From a virus, in IMG/VR virus record IMGVR_UViG_3300021197_001243, positions 19,757 to 83,756 of that record: a stretch of DNA of 64,000 bases. One strand, written 5' to 3'. The translations under genes and the position numbers were made by a program. The notes under the pieces are model-generated. The model searched no databases and was not told the origin of the DNA. It was given only the letters and a program-made list of their open reading frames with translations. This document shows, one piece after another, positions 30,467 through 40,631 of the stretch. Each line of letters starts with the position of its first letter. Position 1 is the first letter of the stretch.

Positions 30467-31220
30467 CTGTACCTATGTATTTAAGTTTACCTGCTACGTG
30501 TGCTATTATATCTCCGCCACTATTTAGATTAGATACCTGCATTGTAAACATTTTTCCACCTCTAAAAAGTAAAGGGTATTTAAATTCTGTCTCTACATGT
30601 CTAGCATCTCTGTACATTGCATTATGTCTTAAGACTCTTTTTTGCTGTACAGGAGTTCTTGTATAGAAAGGTGCATTTGTTTGCTCTTCTATTCCCCAGG
30701 TAAAAGATGTTGTAGCTACAGTTTTAGGTATAATAGTAACATGCTCTACTTCAAATTCATAAGATGCAGGAACTGTAAAAGAAAGTGTTTCTGCTGATCC
30801 TGTAGATGCTCTCATTGCACAATAAGGAGTTGCAGGTACACCTGTAGTTACTGTTCCTGAACCTACATATATTACACCATCATTTGAGCCTAAACTGCCC
30901 GTCTCTATAACTTCTATACTTAAAATATTTGTGTAAGCATTAACTGTAGTAACTCCTGTTCTACCATTCATATCTACAATCTCTGCAAACAATCTTCCTC
31001 CAGAGATCCCTGTAATATTTACTATTCTTGCTCCTGTACCGGCTATAGTATCATTAGTACTACCGCTTGATACAGTCATAAGTCGTAAAGACTCAGGTAT
31101 ATTTATACGTGCAGTAGTTGCAGATATAGGCCATATATCTCTAACGTTAGAAGTATGCCCAGTTACATACCCACTTAAAAGAACTGAGCTTTCAGTGCTA
31201 TTTAAGGGGGTAATTATCAT
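30456..31220 (-). CDS. Putative virion structural protein (beta-rich)
   Basis: VSSGSTNDTIAGTGARIVNITG motif, as seen in phage structural proteins; located in the tail module. Confidence 0.55.
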   Translation of the reverse strand: MIITPLNSTESSVLLSGYVTGHTSNVRDIWPISATTARINIPESLRLMTVSSGSTNDTIAGTGARIVNITGISGGRLFAEIVDMNGRTGVTTVNAYTNILSIEVIETGSLGSNDGVIYVGSGTVTTGVPATPYCAMRASTGSAETLSFTVPASYEFEVEHVTIIPKTVATTSFTWGIEEQTNAPFYTRTPVQQKRVLRHNAMYRDARHVETEFKYPLLFRGGKMFTMQVSNLNSGGDIIAHVAGKLKYIGTDDT

Positions 31221-31576
31221 GCTACTGCCCAGTGACCGTATTCACATATACAAACTCCTGTATCAGCTCTTAGTTCTAGTCCTGCAGATGCTGCTATAGG
31301 AAACAATGCAAATTCTCCAGCTCTAATTATAGCTAAAGTGTTATCTGCATTATTCTTTATAGTTACAAAGTTTGTAGCATCTGTATTACGTATGTATACG
31401 TAAGACTGTACATTACCTGTTCCAAGTATTACAGTGTCTGCACCTGTAGCTACAGAAACCTTTGCCATATTAAGGAAAGGTTCTGTTATAGATACAGATT
31501 TCTCAACAGTAAAGTCCAGACGATCTGGACCTACTGTAGAGCTTGTTGTATTGAGTCTAAATTTTACTGTTGCCAT
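31217..31576 (-). CDS. Small beta-rich virion protein (paralog of 59913-60275)
   Basis: Shares NTDATNFV, GEFxxFP and RADTxxCxxEYxxW with the 120-aa ORF at 59913. Confidence 0.65.
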   Translation of the reverse strand: MATVKFRLNTTSSTVGPDRLDFTVEKSVSITEPFLNMAKVSVATGADTVILGTGNVQSYVYIRNTDATNFVTIKNNADNTLAIIRAGEFALFPIAASAGLELRADTGVCICEYGHWAVA

Positions 31577-31579
31577 CTT

Positions 31580-31990
31580 TTATGAGATTAATCGTTGTAG
31601 TCCTTTTAACTGTTTTGCATTAAGAGTTTTAGGTAAGATATCTTCTTCTATGTAAGTTAAATCGATAGTTATTTCTTCTTTTAACATGTCTTCAACTGAC
31701 TCTATCTGCTTTTTACGCTCCTCTACAAGAGCTGCATTTTTTTCTTCAAGCTCTTTTATTACGGTTTCATCACCTTGAGCTTCGTTTACAAGTTTTGCAA
31801 GCTCTTCAAATTCTCTTGAAGGTCTCATTGTATCGTCTAAAGGCTTCAATACCTTTTCAATACTTGTAGTAGTTGCTGTGACCCTTTTAGCAAACTCTAA
31901 ATCTCCAACTTCTTGGACACTATAAAGAGCTTGTAGCATATCTACTGCATCTTGTACTTTTACCGATTCTGTTATTTTTTCTACTTTCAT
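31580..31990 (-). CDS. Hypothetical helical protein, possible fibre-assembly chaperone
   Basis: Charged, coiled-coil-like 136 aa immediately downstream of the fibre gene. Confidence 0.5.
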   Translation of the reverse strand: MKVEKITESVKVQDAVDMLQALYSVQEVGDLEFAKRVTATTTSIEKVLKPLDDTMRPSREFEELAKLVNEAQGDETVIKELEEKNAALVEERKKQIESVEDMLKEEITIDLTYIEEDILPKTLNAKQLKGLQRLIS

Positions 31991-32021
31991 TTTTATATAT
32001 ATAATTGATTAAACTTCCCTA

Positions 32022-33410
32022 CTAAGCAATTGTGGCTCCTGATATTCCGATAACATGCCAGTCACCATTTGTAAATAATAAATGTACATTTTCTCCTACA
32101 GCATTGAAGGTTATGTTCGTACCTCCTGCTAGGCTTGTTGGAGTAAGAGTACCTGCGCCCCCAGCTGTAGCTATTTGACAGATAAATTTTGTTTGACCTT
32201 CAGCACCATCTGCAAGTGAAAGTGCATTTGTACCTGTATCTGTAAAATGAGTTATTTGACTTGTTATGTCTACTGCTCCAGCTCCTACTAAATTTTGCGG
32301 TCCCTGTGTAAATTGTAGATATCCATTAGGTAACTGTACATTTTGTGCATTTGAAATAGATAGTCCTTTTAAACCTGAACCTGATCCAGACCCAGAGTAT
32401 GTTGAAAGATTAAGATGCCCTCCTACTCCTGAAGCACCGCCTGCACCTGCAGTTATATACATATGCCCTCCAGTACCAGATCCAGAACCTGTTCCTGAGC
32501 CTATATTCATATTTCCGCCTGCAGTATTACCTGAACCTCCATTAGCACCATTTAGAGTAAGTTCGGCACCAGCTATACTAGATGCTGCATTTTTAACCTT
32601 TATTTCATAGTTTTTATAAGTATTAGTATTACCTATTTCTAAAACTCTTGCTGTAGTACCTACTAAAGACAGCTGTGCTGCTAGAGAAGGTACTGTTGGA
32701 GTGGTATCTCCTATTCCTACATATCCTGAAGCATCTACTGTGATACCTTCATCTGTACCGTCGCCACTTATAAAGCTGTTTCCAGCTGCAGCATCCATAT
32801 TAATATTATAAGTATTAAGATCAATATCTGCTCCTGCAGAACTCATACTTGCGGCAAGAGTAATACTTCCTGCTCCATTAGTAATAGTCATTCCTGTACC
32901 GGCAGTAAGTGTAGCTACAGAAGGATATCCATTAGCAGTGTGCCCTATAAGTAACTGTCCATTGGTAGCCATAGGACTTGATGCAGCTAAAGTACTTGCA
33001 GCTGATGCATAAAGTATAGATCCTTTAGTAACACTACTTAGACCTGTACCTCCATTTACAACAGATAAAATTCCAGATACATCTGAAGCTAAAGCTACAG
33101 TAGTTATAAAGTTAGAGGTGCTATTATCACATTTACTTAAGTCTATACCTGCTTCTAAAGCTGTAAGAACAATATTATCTGCTACTGTAGCAACAGTAAG
33201 AAGGCCTGTATCTCCAGACTTAATACCTTTAAAGTTTAGCTGATTTTTATTACTAATACTTGAAAACAAACTTTCTGACCCTGCACCTGCAGTAGCTAGT
33301 GAAGGAAATAAAGATTGTAATTGAAATTTTAATCTGCTTGTTACAGGTATGTAATGGGAAGAGGTTACACTCGTTTTAGCTAACGTTCCCCAATTAATTA
33401 CTTCTGACAT
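32022..33410 (-). CDS. Tail/head fibre protein
   Basis: Gly/Ala/Thr-rich shaft (VVNGGTGL, AGTGMTITNGAGSITL, GGNMNIGSGTG) and a C-terminal knob (LSLADGAEGQTK...FTNGDWHVIG). Confidence 0.7.
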   Translation of the reverse strand: MSEVINWGTLAKTSVTSSHYIPVTSRLKFQLQSLFPSLATAGAGSESLFSSISNKNQLNFKGIKSGDTGLLTVATVADNIVLTALEAGIDLSKCDNSTSNFITTVALASDVSGILSVVNGGTGLSSVTKGSILYASAASTLAASSPMATNGQLLIGHTANGYPSVATLTAGTGMTITNGAGSITLAASMSSAGADIDLNTYNINMDAAAGNSFISGDGTDEGITVDASGYVGIGDTTPTVPSLAAQLSLVGTTARVLEIGNTNTYKNYEIKVKNAASSIAGAELTLNGANGGSGNTAGGNMNIGSGTGSGSGTGGHMYITAGAGGASGVGGHLNLSTYSGSGSGSGLKGLSISNAQNVQLPNGYLQFTQGPQNLVGAGAVDITSQITHFTDTGTNALSLADGAEGQTKFICQIATAGGAGTLTPTSLAGGTNITFNAVGENVHLLFTNGDWHVIGISGATIA

Positions 33411-33428
33411 TTTTCTCTATTTAAGATT

Positions 33429-36400
33429 TTATAATTCTATGTTGTCTCCATCGATAGTCATCCTTGCTCCTCCTTCTGTGGTAGGATCAGATATATCAGG
33501 ATCTGTTTGAATATGTGGAGGTATTGGAGTAGAACCTGGAATACCACAATCTTTACACTCATCTTTAACAAATGCAAGATACGAATCTAACCTGTTTGTT
33601 GTATCAATGAACTGTAAAGGCTCTCTACAATATTCCCAAAATGGCTCTCCTGCTTCAGTTTCCGGATCAGATCCTATAGCATATATACCCAGAATCATTG
33701 TGTAAATATCATTACTCACTGGATGTTTTACTACGTCTCCCCATTGATAAGCTGCTGTAGCTGACCATATAAGAGATTCTCCTGCAGGCCCTCCTTCTGA
33801 CCATTTTGTACTACAGCTTTCACCTTGTACAGTTTCACTGTAAGTAGGGGATAAAGAATCTGCACAGTTAAATACACAATCTAATCCTTTTCTCCCTAGT
33901 AAGTATTTAAGTAATACTAAGACCTCAGCTACTTTTGTTTTACAAAGGCTAAGTCTTCCTGCCTTCATAAGATTAAAGTAAGTATTAAGTTTATCACTCA
34001 AACATGCATCAAGTCCCGTAAGAACTCCATCTATTTCAGGAGGATTACATGGGGAGGGTACAAAGCTATATTCACAATCTCCATCAGATGCATTAGCTGC
34101 AGGACTATAATTGTCTGCATTAGTATCCATACATCCGTATACTATAGTAGTATTAACTCCTAATATATCTACTTCTGTACATCCGTTACCATTAGTTACA
34201 GTTACCGTATATACCCCATCTGCAAGAGTAGGGCCTATAGCAGTATCCTCTGTAGTTATAGATGCTCCTGTTTCATTATTTACCCATGTTACAGTGTAAG
34301 ATGTAGTTATGTTTATAAAAGTTATCGTAGGAACATTACTTGCAACAGCTATACTTCCTATAATAGGTTCTGTACAAGCATATACACACCCTGTAGGTAT
34401 AGTTGCATTAGGATCATAGTTTGTAGCCTCTGGCTCCATACATCCTGATATACCGTATACACAAGATCCGTCATCTATAGACGCAGTAGGATCAAAGTTA
34501 GATGCACTAGGATCTGTACACCCTAAAGTTTCATAAGAACATGAACCATCATCAACAGTAGCAATAGGATTATAATTAATTGATAGAGGATCCGTACACC
34601 CTTCAATAACTGGAGGTGGAGGGGTGTTTTCACAATTAAAATAGCTAGGACCAAAAGTTTCAGTTTCAATCCATGTAGAACATCCTGATTCTGCTGTAAA
34701 TACTATATTAACTGTCATTGAATCACCTTGTGACACAGTTATAGGGGAGTTTTCAGGATATTCAGTTCCACTACTATCGTAAATTAAAACTGTTTCTATA
34801 TTTTCAGTAGGACCATAACGAAATGAAAACGCCCCTGTACAAGGATCTACACGCCAATCTATATTTACGTCACATGTAATTTCACTTTCTTCATATCCTA
34901 TATATCTCCAAATAACAGCTTGACACGAGGAGTTTCCAGTATGTTCTACTACTATAGCATACCATCCAGTTGGAAGATTTGAAAATGTAGTGGTGGGTGA
35001 GGATAGATTATTTGCACCTTGTACAGGCATACCATAATATCCTTGTCCATTTCCTACTGAGTTATAGATATTTATAGTATATGTAGAAGGAGTAAGTAAA
35101 GGTTCTACTGCAGAATTTACAGATCCTACATACTGTAGAGTTCCATCTGCTGTACTTTCAGAGCTTGCATTTGTAACAATTGTATTAGATCCATCTATAA
35201 AATCTCCTTGATTCTGACCATTAATTATAAGTCCTGTACCTCCGGCACCTTTACCACAGTATATACAGCTACCATCATCAATAACTGCAGCAGGATCATA
35301 GTTTAATGCATATGATTGAGTACATCCTTCGATAGGAGTTACGGGTCCACTTCCTACTCCTGCAGGCATTCTAACTTTAAATTCTCTAAAGCATCCTGTA
35401 GAGTCGGTAACCTTTACAGTATATATTCCAAATTCAGTTGTATATGGAACATCTGTAAAAGTGTGTGTAGTCGAAGATGTAGGTAATGGATTTGCAGTAC
35501 CTAAGTATGTTATACCTGAAGGCACTATAAGTTCATAGGTGTAATTTGCTGTACCGCCTACTGCAGTTATAGCAAAAGACCCCGTAGTATACATCGTAGT
35601 TGCAGGGGTTATAGTAAGTTGCGCATCTACCTCTGTACAGTTTACTGCACATGCACAACAGTCTACAAATATTGCAGGATTAAATCCATTTAAAAAATTA
35701 GAGGGAATTGCATTTCCATCACAGTCTTGTTCCGTTACTTCAAAGTATGATGGAGATCCAGGATCAGTACACACGTCATATGTGTATTGAGAAGGAACTC
35801 TACAACTTTGAAGATTTACAGCCCAGTCAAATACTGCTACAGCTGCATAAGAACTTGTACCATATAAAGCATCTACAAATAATGATAAAGATTCAGCTTC
35901 TTCAGCAAAATCATTTACAGACATATTAAGTGCAGCTATAAACCTTACATGTTGTAATCCAGAGTTTTCAGGATCTGCTGTTCCTCCTGCGTATCCATTT
36001 GCACTCCAAACTTGAGTTATATAGTCAGATTCTACTGAAAATAAGTCTGTAGTAGTAGCTCTCTCCCATAAATTGGAATATCCAAATACTCCTGCAGGAT
36101 CTGCAGTAGGATAAGCTGCATAAACATTTGTTTGATTAAATGCAGTTCTTCCACTAGCAGTTTGTAAGTACCCAATGTTTTCAGAGCAATCTTTAGCGTA
36201 TCCTAAATGAGAATCTCCTAAAGATGGAACTTCTCTGTTTACACCGAAAATATCTACATCTATAGCTGTAGTATACCCGGATCCAAAAGTTATTTGATAC
36301 TTTTTAAAACCTCCAGATGCTTCAGTATAGTTTGCATACTCTATCTGTACTTTTTCAAAACTATAAACTATAGATGTAGGGTCTGCACCATTTGCAGTAA

Positions 36401-36518
36401 TATCATCTACGTTTCCTAAGACGTCGTACCCAAAAGCTGTACAATAATTTATTATTACATACAGCTTCCCTTGGTATACAGCTGAAAATCCACTTATATG
36501 TTTAGGTGCTCCTATCAT
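33429..36518 (-). CDS. Large Cys-rich virion surface/adhesin-like protein with SprB-like and GCTD repeats
   Basis: Five GC[TM]xxxAxN[YF]xPxAxxDDGSC-type repeats. SprB-like segments (ITPAT...GSFAITAVGGTANYTY...YTVKVTDSTGC). C-terminal WSATAAYQWGDVV is CBM5/12-like. Confidence 0.65.
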   Translation of the reverse strand: MIGAPKHISGFSAVYQGKLYVIINYCTAFGYDVLGNVDDITANGADPTSIVYSFEKVQIEYANYTEASGGFKKYQITFGSGYTTAIDVDIFGVNREVPSLGDSHLGYAKDCSENIGYLQTASGRTAFNQTNVYAAYPTADPAGVFGYSNLWERATTTDLFSVESDYITQVWSANGYAGGTADPENSGLQHVRFIAALNMSVNDFAEEAESLSLFVDALYGTSSYAAVAVFDWAVNLQSCRVPSQYTYDVCTDPGSPSYFEVTEQDCDGNAIPSNFLNGFNPAIFVDCCACAVNCTEVDAQLTITPATTMYTTGSFAITAVGGTANYTYELIVPSGITYLGTANPLPTSSTTHTFTDVPYTTEFGIYTVKVTDSTGCFREFKVRMPAGVGSGPVTPIEGCTQSYALNYDPAAVIDDGSCIYCGKGAGGTGLIINGQNQGDFIDGSNTIVTNASSESTADGTLQYVGSVNSAVEPLLTPSTYTINIYNSVGNGQGYYGMPVQGANNLSSPTTTFSNLPTGWYAIVVEHTGNSSCQAVIWRYIGYEESEITCDVNIDWRVDPCTGAFSFRYGPTENIETVLIYDSSGTEYPENSPITVSQGDSMTVNIVFTAESGCSTWIETETFGPSYFNCENTPPPPVIEGCTDPLSINYNPIATVDDGSCSYETLGCTDPSASNFDPTASIDDGSCVYGISGCMEPEATNYDPNATIPTGCVYACTEPIIGSIAVASNVPTITFINITTSYTVTWVNNETGASITTEDTAIGPTLADGVYTVTVTNGNGCTEVDILGVNTTIVYGCMDTNADNYSPAANASDGDCEYSFVPSPCNPPEIDGVLTGLDACLSDKLNTYFNLMKAGRLSLCKTKVAEVLVLLKYLLGRKGLDCVFNCADSLSPTYSETVQGESCSTKWSEGGPAGESLIWSATAAYQWGDVVKHPVSNDIYTMILGIYAIGSDPETEAGEPFWEYCREPLQFIDTTNRLDSYLAFVKDECKDCGIPGSTPIPPHIQTDPDISDPTTEGGARMTIDGDNIEL

Positions 36519-37012
36519 TAGCAGCTACATCCACAGCTATCAGAACAAAGTTCGAGAGCTTTATTATACTTAGCGTTAGCATTAGTGTAGATAGCAGTAT
36601 TATTAGCTACATCTCCACTTATTTGAGAGAGGTCTGTTTCTATTGCATGAATAAGAAGCATAACTCTATTTGCAGTTTCCAGTGTTCCACTGCATCTTGT
36701 GCATTCACAGTCACAACCTAAAAGAGAGTCTACTTTCTTAGCTATACAGCAGTCTAGTTCACATTTTCCTAGTTCTCCAGAGTATACGGAAGCTCCCGTA
36801 ACATTATCTGTAATTGTAACTTGGAAAATTCCTGCTTGTGTACCTACGGTAGATGCTAAAAGTCTTGCAGTACTGTAAGTTCCACTTGCTGTAGCTGTTG
36901 CAGAAAAACTATCATCATTTACACTTATAGTAAGAGGTCCTTGTGCTGTAGCACCTGAAACACCTATACTTATAAACCTGCAATCACCTGTAATACTGGT
37001 TGTAATGTTCAT
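36518..37012 (-). CDS. Cys-rich structural protein, possibly tail hub/collar
   Basis: Beta-rich N-terminus; helical C-terminus with CELDCC, CDCECTRC and terminal CSDSCGCSC. Translationally coupled to the next gene. Confidence 0.5.
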   Translation of the reverse strand: MNITTSITGDCRFISIGVSGATAQGPLTISVNDDSFSATATASGTYSTARLLASTVGTQAGIFQVTITDNVTGASVYSGELGKCELDCCIAKKVDSLLGCDCECTRCSGTLETANRVMLLIHAIETDLSQISGDVANNTAIYTNANAKYNKALELCSDSCGCSC

Positions 37013-37023
37013 TGCGAATATTT

Positions 37024-37072
37024 TAAAAAAATAAAAACCGAGAAAGAGGTCAATTCCTCCCTCCCGGTTTTA
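37024..37072 (-). terminator. Intrinsic terminator after the capsid-accessory genes
   Basis: Minus strand AAAACCGGGAGGGAGG-AATTGA-CCTCTTTCTCGGTTTT followed by TATTTTTTT. Confidence 0.7.
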
Positions 37073-37092
37073 AAAAATCTCCAAACCTAAAT

Positions 37093-37479
37093 TTAGGCTG
37101 GGATATAGTCTATATAGATATCAAACTTACCTGCAGTCAATGCTGCTGTAGCAACGGTAATACCGATTGCTGCACTTGAGGTAGCTTGAGCTCCAAGATC
37201 ACTATTCAACAATCCAGTATGATCAGTTACTTGAGTAGCTGTGTCATAAGCATTGTTTGAAAATGCAGTTGCTGGAGAAAGAGTTACTCCTCCTGCAGTG
37301 ATTGCGATAGTTGCAGATCCGCCTGATGTACATGCTGTTTTACAGTGAGTATAGCATGCAACAATAACAGCGTCATTAGGAACAACTTCGCTGATAGCGA
37401 GTGTTCGTGCTCCTGCTCCACCTGCATCTGTACTGAAGTCGTACGTAGCTTTTGCGGTTACTTTTTTAGCTTGTGGCAT
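37093..37479 (-). CDS. Putative capsid decoration protein
   Basis: Ala/Thr-rich beta protein (ATYDFSTDAG...VPNDAVIV...ALTAGKFDIYIDY) in the capsid operon, before a terminator. Confidence 0.55.
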   Translation of the reverse strand: MPQAKKVTAKATYDFSTDAGGAGARTLAISEVVPNDAVIVACYTHCKTACTSGGSATIAITAGGVTLSPATAFSNNAYDTATQVTDHTGLLNSDLGAQATSSAAIGITVATAALTAGKFDIYIDYIPA

Positions 37480-37506
37480 AATTTCTAAAAATTATAAGGT
37501 TAATAA

Positions 37507-38424
37507 TTAAAGGTTAACAGGTGCAAATGCTCCTGGGCAAGATGCCAACCAAGGGTTAATTTTACTTTCAAAGTCCGCTTGACCTGCTCCTGCAGCTGCA
37601 TAAGCAATAACGATGTCTCTGTAGTTATCTACACCTCGGATAGATCCTGGTGCAGCATTGCCAAATCCCAACTTATACAAATCATAAGTAGTAGCAGCAA
37701 CTGCGTAAGCAGGAGGTGCAACTGGAAGTTGAACTCTATCATAGTATCCTCGACCCATACCTTGTAGGCTAGCTTCAAGTTCTACAATCAAGTTTCCATC
37801 ACCACCGTTTCCTAAATCAGGAGTGTTTCCTGCAGCAATAGTAGCAGTAGTAGTAAAAGTACCATCAATGTCTTCTTGAGTTTCAAAAGAAGAAAGTACT
37901 CTGTAAGGATCACTATCAAAAGTTTGTCCTGTAAGAGTAATAACGTTTCCAACTACAGCTGAACTAGCTAAGAAAGCAGGAAGATTAGCATTGATTGCAG
38001 TATTAATAGCTGCAGCAATAGTGTTTTGAACATCTCCTAATGCAACGGCTACAGTAAAACTTCTACGCTCAAATTGTGCTTGACCGATTGCTCGACTTGT
38101 AACTTTTACAGTTGCATTAAATGCGGCACTTGCAGTACCAGCAATAGTGATAGTACTTGTTTGCGCCTGCTGTGCATCGTAAGATTGTCCTGTCCATCGT
38201 GATACACTTGAACCGTCGATCCAAGGGGATACAACGTTAGCACGACCAGCGGCAGTACCTTGAATTAATCGAATTGCAGAATAGTCTGCGATTGTTTCAC
38301 CTCCTACAAGAGGGGTGTGTCCATCTGCGGAAAGTCCTACTACATCGACTGCTCCTGGGCCTAATAGCCCTGCAGTATATGCACCTGCAGCAGTAGTTCC
38401 GTCTGAAATTAATAGCTGTCTCAT
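37507..38424 (-). CDS. Auxiliary capsid/structural protein of the conserved crAss capsid module
   Basis: Ala/Thr-rich 305 aa; third gene after the MCP, matching crAss capsid-module gene order. Confidence 0.6.
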   Translation of the reverse strand: MRQLLISDGTTAAGAYTAGLLGPGAVDVVGLSADGHTPLVGGETIADYSAIRLIQGTAAGRANVVSPWIDGSSVSRWTGQSYDAQQAQTSTITIAGTASAAFNATVKVTSRAIGQAQFERRSFTVAVALGDVQNTIAAAINTAINANLPAFLASSAVVGNVITLTGQTFDSDPYRVLSSFETQEDIDGTFTTTATIAAGNTPDLGNGGDGNLIVELEASLQGMGRGYYDRVQLPVAPPAYAVAATTYDLYKLGFGNAAPGSIRGVDNYRDIVIAYAAAGAGQADFESKINPWLASCPGAFAPVNL

Positions 38425-38453
38425 AGCTTATTATTTTAAAATTTATAAAAAAA

Positions 38454-39599
38454 TTATTCTCTGTTTATCGCTTCTCCCATCTGTGTCTTATATCTTGGAT
38501 CAGAGGATTCTTCTAAAATTGAAGAAGCTGCCATTGCTATTACCTCTTCATGTGTATGATCAGGTAGTTCACAATTATAGCCCAAAGATAAGTTTATAGG
38601 TTGAGGTTTCCTTAGATATGTGATTTTTACACTTGACGTTATAAATATAGCATTAGTATAGATATCTATGAAGCCTCCTCGTATAGTTGTAAGTGGAGAA
38701 GTGTGGGTGGTACTATTAAAAGGATCATCTAAAAGTCTGAATATATCGTCCTGTTGAGAAAATTTATTCAAAACTGTATCCTCAGTAAAATTATCTCTAG
38801 GTACTCTTACAAGATTGTTACTTCTATCCTCAAACCTAGGAGGTACAGAAGTTACAGGATTGTTTAGAGTATCTATAGATACAAGAGGAGTTACATTACC
38901 ATTTGATGCGTCCCAGTTAAAAACCCCACCGGTACCATCAATGTCGACAATTACAATAAAAGTATTAGGTATGCTTAATGGACCATAAGATTCCCAATAT
39001 ATTTCAAATCCAGGCTGAGGATTATTAAGTAAGTCAGCTCTGACCTCATTTATATATTGCGGATATGCACTTGGAGAATAACCAGAATCTATAAGCTCTG
39101 GACTTGCAAACCAAACTGGAATAATAGAAGGTGTGACAGTACCGTCTTCCATTCCTATAGAATCTACAAATTCATTACCATTCACCATAAAATCATCAAA
39201 AGTGAAGGTAAAATAATTTATATCTTGATTAGCTATAAGATTGTAATCTATTGTTCTACAGTTATCTACAAATATCTTAGACCTTTGGTTTACCAGGTAC
39301 ATATAATTTGCGGGTAATTGAAATTGATCGACAAAGATGCTATCCGGCTTTAGGATTTCTTTAAAGGTTACACCACTTTCATACTCTACAAGTAAAGTAC
39401 GAAGTTCGTCTATACGCTTTTGTGATTCCTCAAAACCTTCCTGATATACATTATTCTTCCCGTACCTTTGGTTTATAAACCTTTGCATTGCACGGTTTAA
39501 TTCAAGATCTATCTCTTCAGAGAGCAATTGATCTGCTCTTTGAGAGTTTATCCTGTCTACCGTTTGGCGCAGGGAGATATGCATTTCAGTTACGTTCAC
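38454..39599 (-). CDS. Head-tail adaptor/ring protein of the conserved crAss capsid module
   Basis: MNVTEMH...DRINS...EEIDLELNRA...GFEESQKRIDELRTL...ITYLRKP...CELPDHTHEEVIAMA matches the crAss ring-protein pattern. Confidence 0.75.
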   Translation of the reverse strand: MNVTEMHISLRQTVDRINSQRADQLLSEEIDLELNRAMQRFINQRYGKNNVYQEGFEESQKRIDELRTLLVEYESGVTFKEILKPDSIFVDQFQLPANYMYLVNQRSKIFVDNCRTIDYNLIANQDINYFTFTFDDFMVNGNEFVDSIGMEDGTVTPSIIPVWFASPELIDSGYSPSAYPQYINEVRADLLNNPQPGFEIYWESYGPLSIPNTFIVIVDIDGTGGVFNWDASNGNVTPLVSIDTLNNPVTSVPPRFEDRSNNLVRVPRDNFTEDTVLNKFSQQDDIFRLLDDPFNSTTHTSPLTTIRGGFIDIYTNAIFITSSVKITYLRKPQPINLSLGYNCELPDHTHEEVIAMAASSILEESSDPRYKTQMGEAINRE

Positions 39600-39605
39600 G
39601 CTTTC

Positions 39606-40526
39606 TTAGTTTGAAAGTTCTTTATGTCGAAGTCTAAGAGTATTCAATACCCCCGATCTTTTTGGACTCTTAAGCACTCTAATAGCATCGTCCATGTCCT
39701 CCCCTAAAGTCTCATCTACATTTACAATAGCGTTACCTACTTTATGAAGTACGCCTGATTCTATAAACGAGCTTATCTCGGCTCTTATGTCCAGATTTTC
39801 ATCTGTGGCAAATTTAAGGAATTTTGCTGGACTTTTTTGCTTAAGATCAAAAAGCATATTCTCTACTTGCTCAGAATCTAAAGTATCCACTTTAACATTA
39901 CTTAAAACTCGTAGAATGTTTTTCATTCTAACTACATCGTCCGATGCTTTTATAAATTCTCTATCTGCACGTTTTGCAACTTGTACAGAATTGTTTTTCT
40001 TCTTATCATCCTTGTTAGGATCTTGGATATAAAATCTCATAAGAGAACTTTTTTGCATTTCCTCAAGGCTATCTGCTACAAGAGGATGTCTTTTTGCAAA
40101 ATTATATTTTATAAAATCCATTAGATTAAGAGGTTCTCCATCTTGATCTTTTCCCACTTCAAGCTCCATACCTGCAAATCCTACAGGGATTCTAAGTTCA
40201 GCCCAAAACCTTCTTACATATCTAGACCATTCTCTGTCTTCTGGACCTACATCCAAAAGAGTTGCAAGATATTTAGTCTCAATTTCTGTATCCGTGAAAC
40301 CTCTTAAAGGTTGACGGTTTACAAATACACTTGAAAGTTTAACTACAGCTTCTGCTCTGATCTCTTTAGGGAGATGACTAGCCACTTCTTTTCTTCGGAC
40401 ATATATTTTTTTAGTCCCAAAGTCTACAGATGCTTTTATAGTGGTGGATTTTTTTGAAGTTGTTGTTTCGACGTCCTTCTCAGCCGCTGCTTTAGGCGCA
40501 GTTTCCTTTTTTGTTTTTGTTGTCAT
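39606..40526 (-). CDS. Conserved crAss capsid-module protein downstream of MCP; probable start is the ATG at 40526
   Basis: Position directly after the MCP. PLNLMDFIKYNFAKRHPLVA...RFYIQD. The ATG at 40526 has an A-rich leader, whereas the track's GTG start lies right beside the terminator. Confidence 0.7.
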   Translation of the reverse strand: MTTKTKKETAPKAAAEKDVETTTSKKSTTIKASVDFGTKKIYVRRKEVASHLPKEIRAEAVVKLSSVFVNRQPLRGFTDTEIETKYLATLLDVGPEDREWSRYVRRFWAELRIPVGFAGMELEVGKDQDGEPLNLMDFIKYNFAKRHPLVADSLEEMQKSSLMRFYIQDPNKDDKKKNNSVQVAKRADREFIKASDDVVRMKNILRVLSNVKVDTLDSEQVENMLFDLKQKSPAKFLKFATDENLDIRAEISSFIESGVLHKVGNAIVNVDETLGEDMDDAIRVLKSPKRSGVLNTLRLRHKELSN

Positions 40527-40580
40527 AATTCTTTCTAGTTTAGGTTTTCTGAGGTGTAAAGAATAACTCACTCAGAATGT

Positions 40581-40615
40581 AAATAAAGGGGAGAAGAAAT
40601 ATACTCTCCTCCCCC
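40581..40615 (-). terminator. Intrinsic terminator after the major capsid gene
   Basis: Minus strand GGGGAGGAG-AGTATATTT-CTTCTCCCC followed by TTTATTT. Confidence 0.75.
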
Positions 40616-40631
40616 AATATCTACAGTTTAC

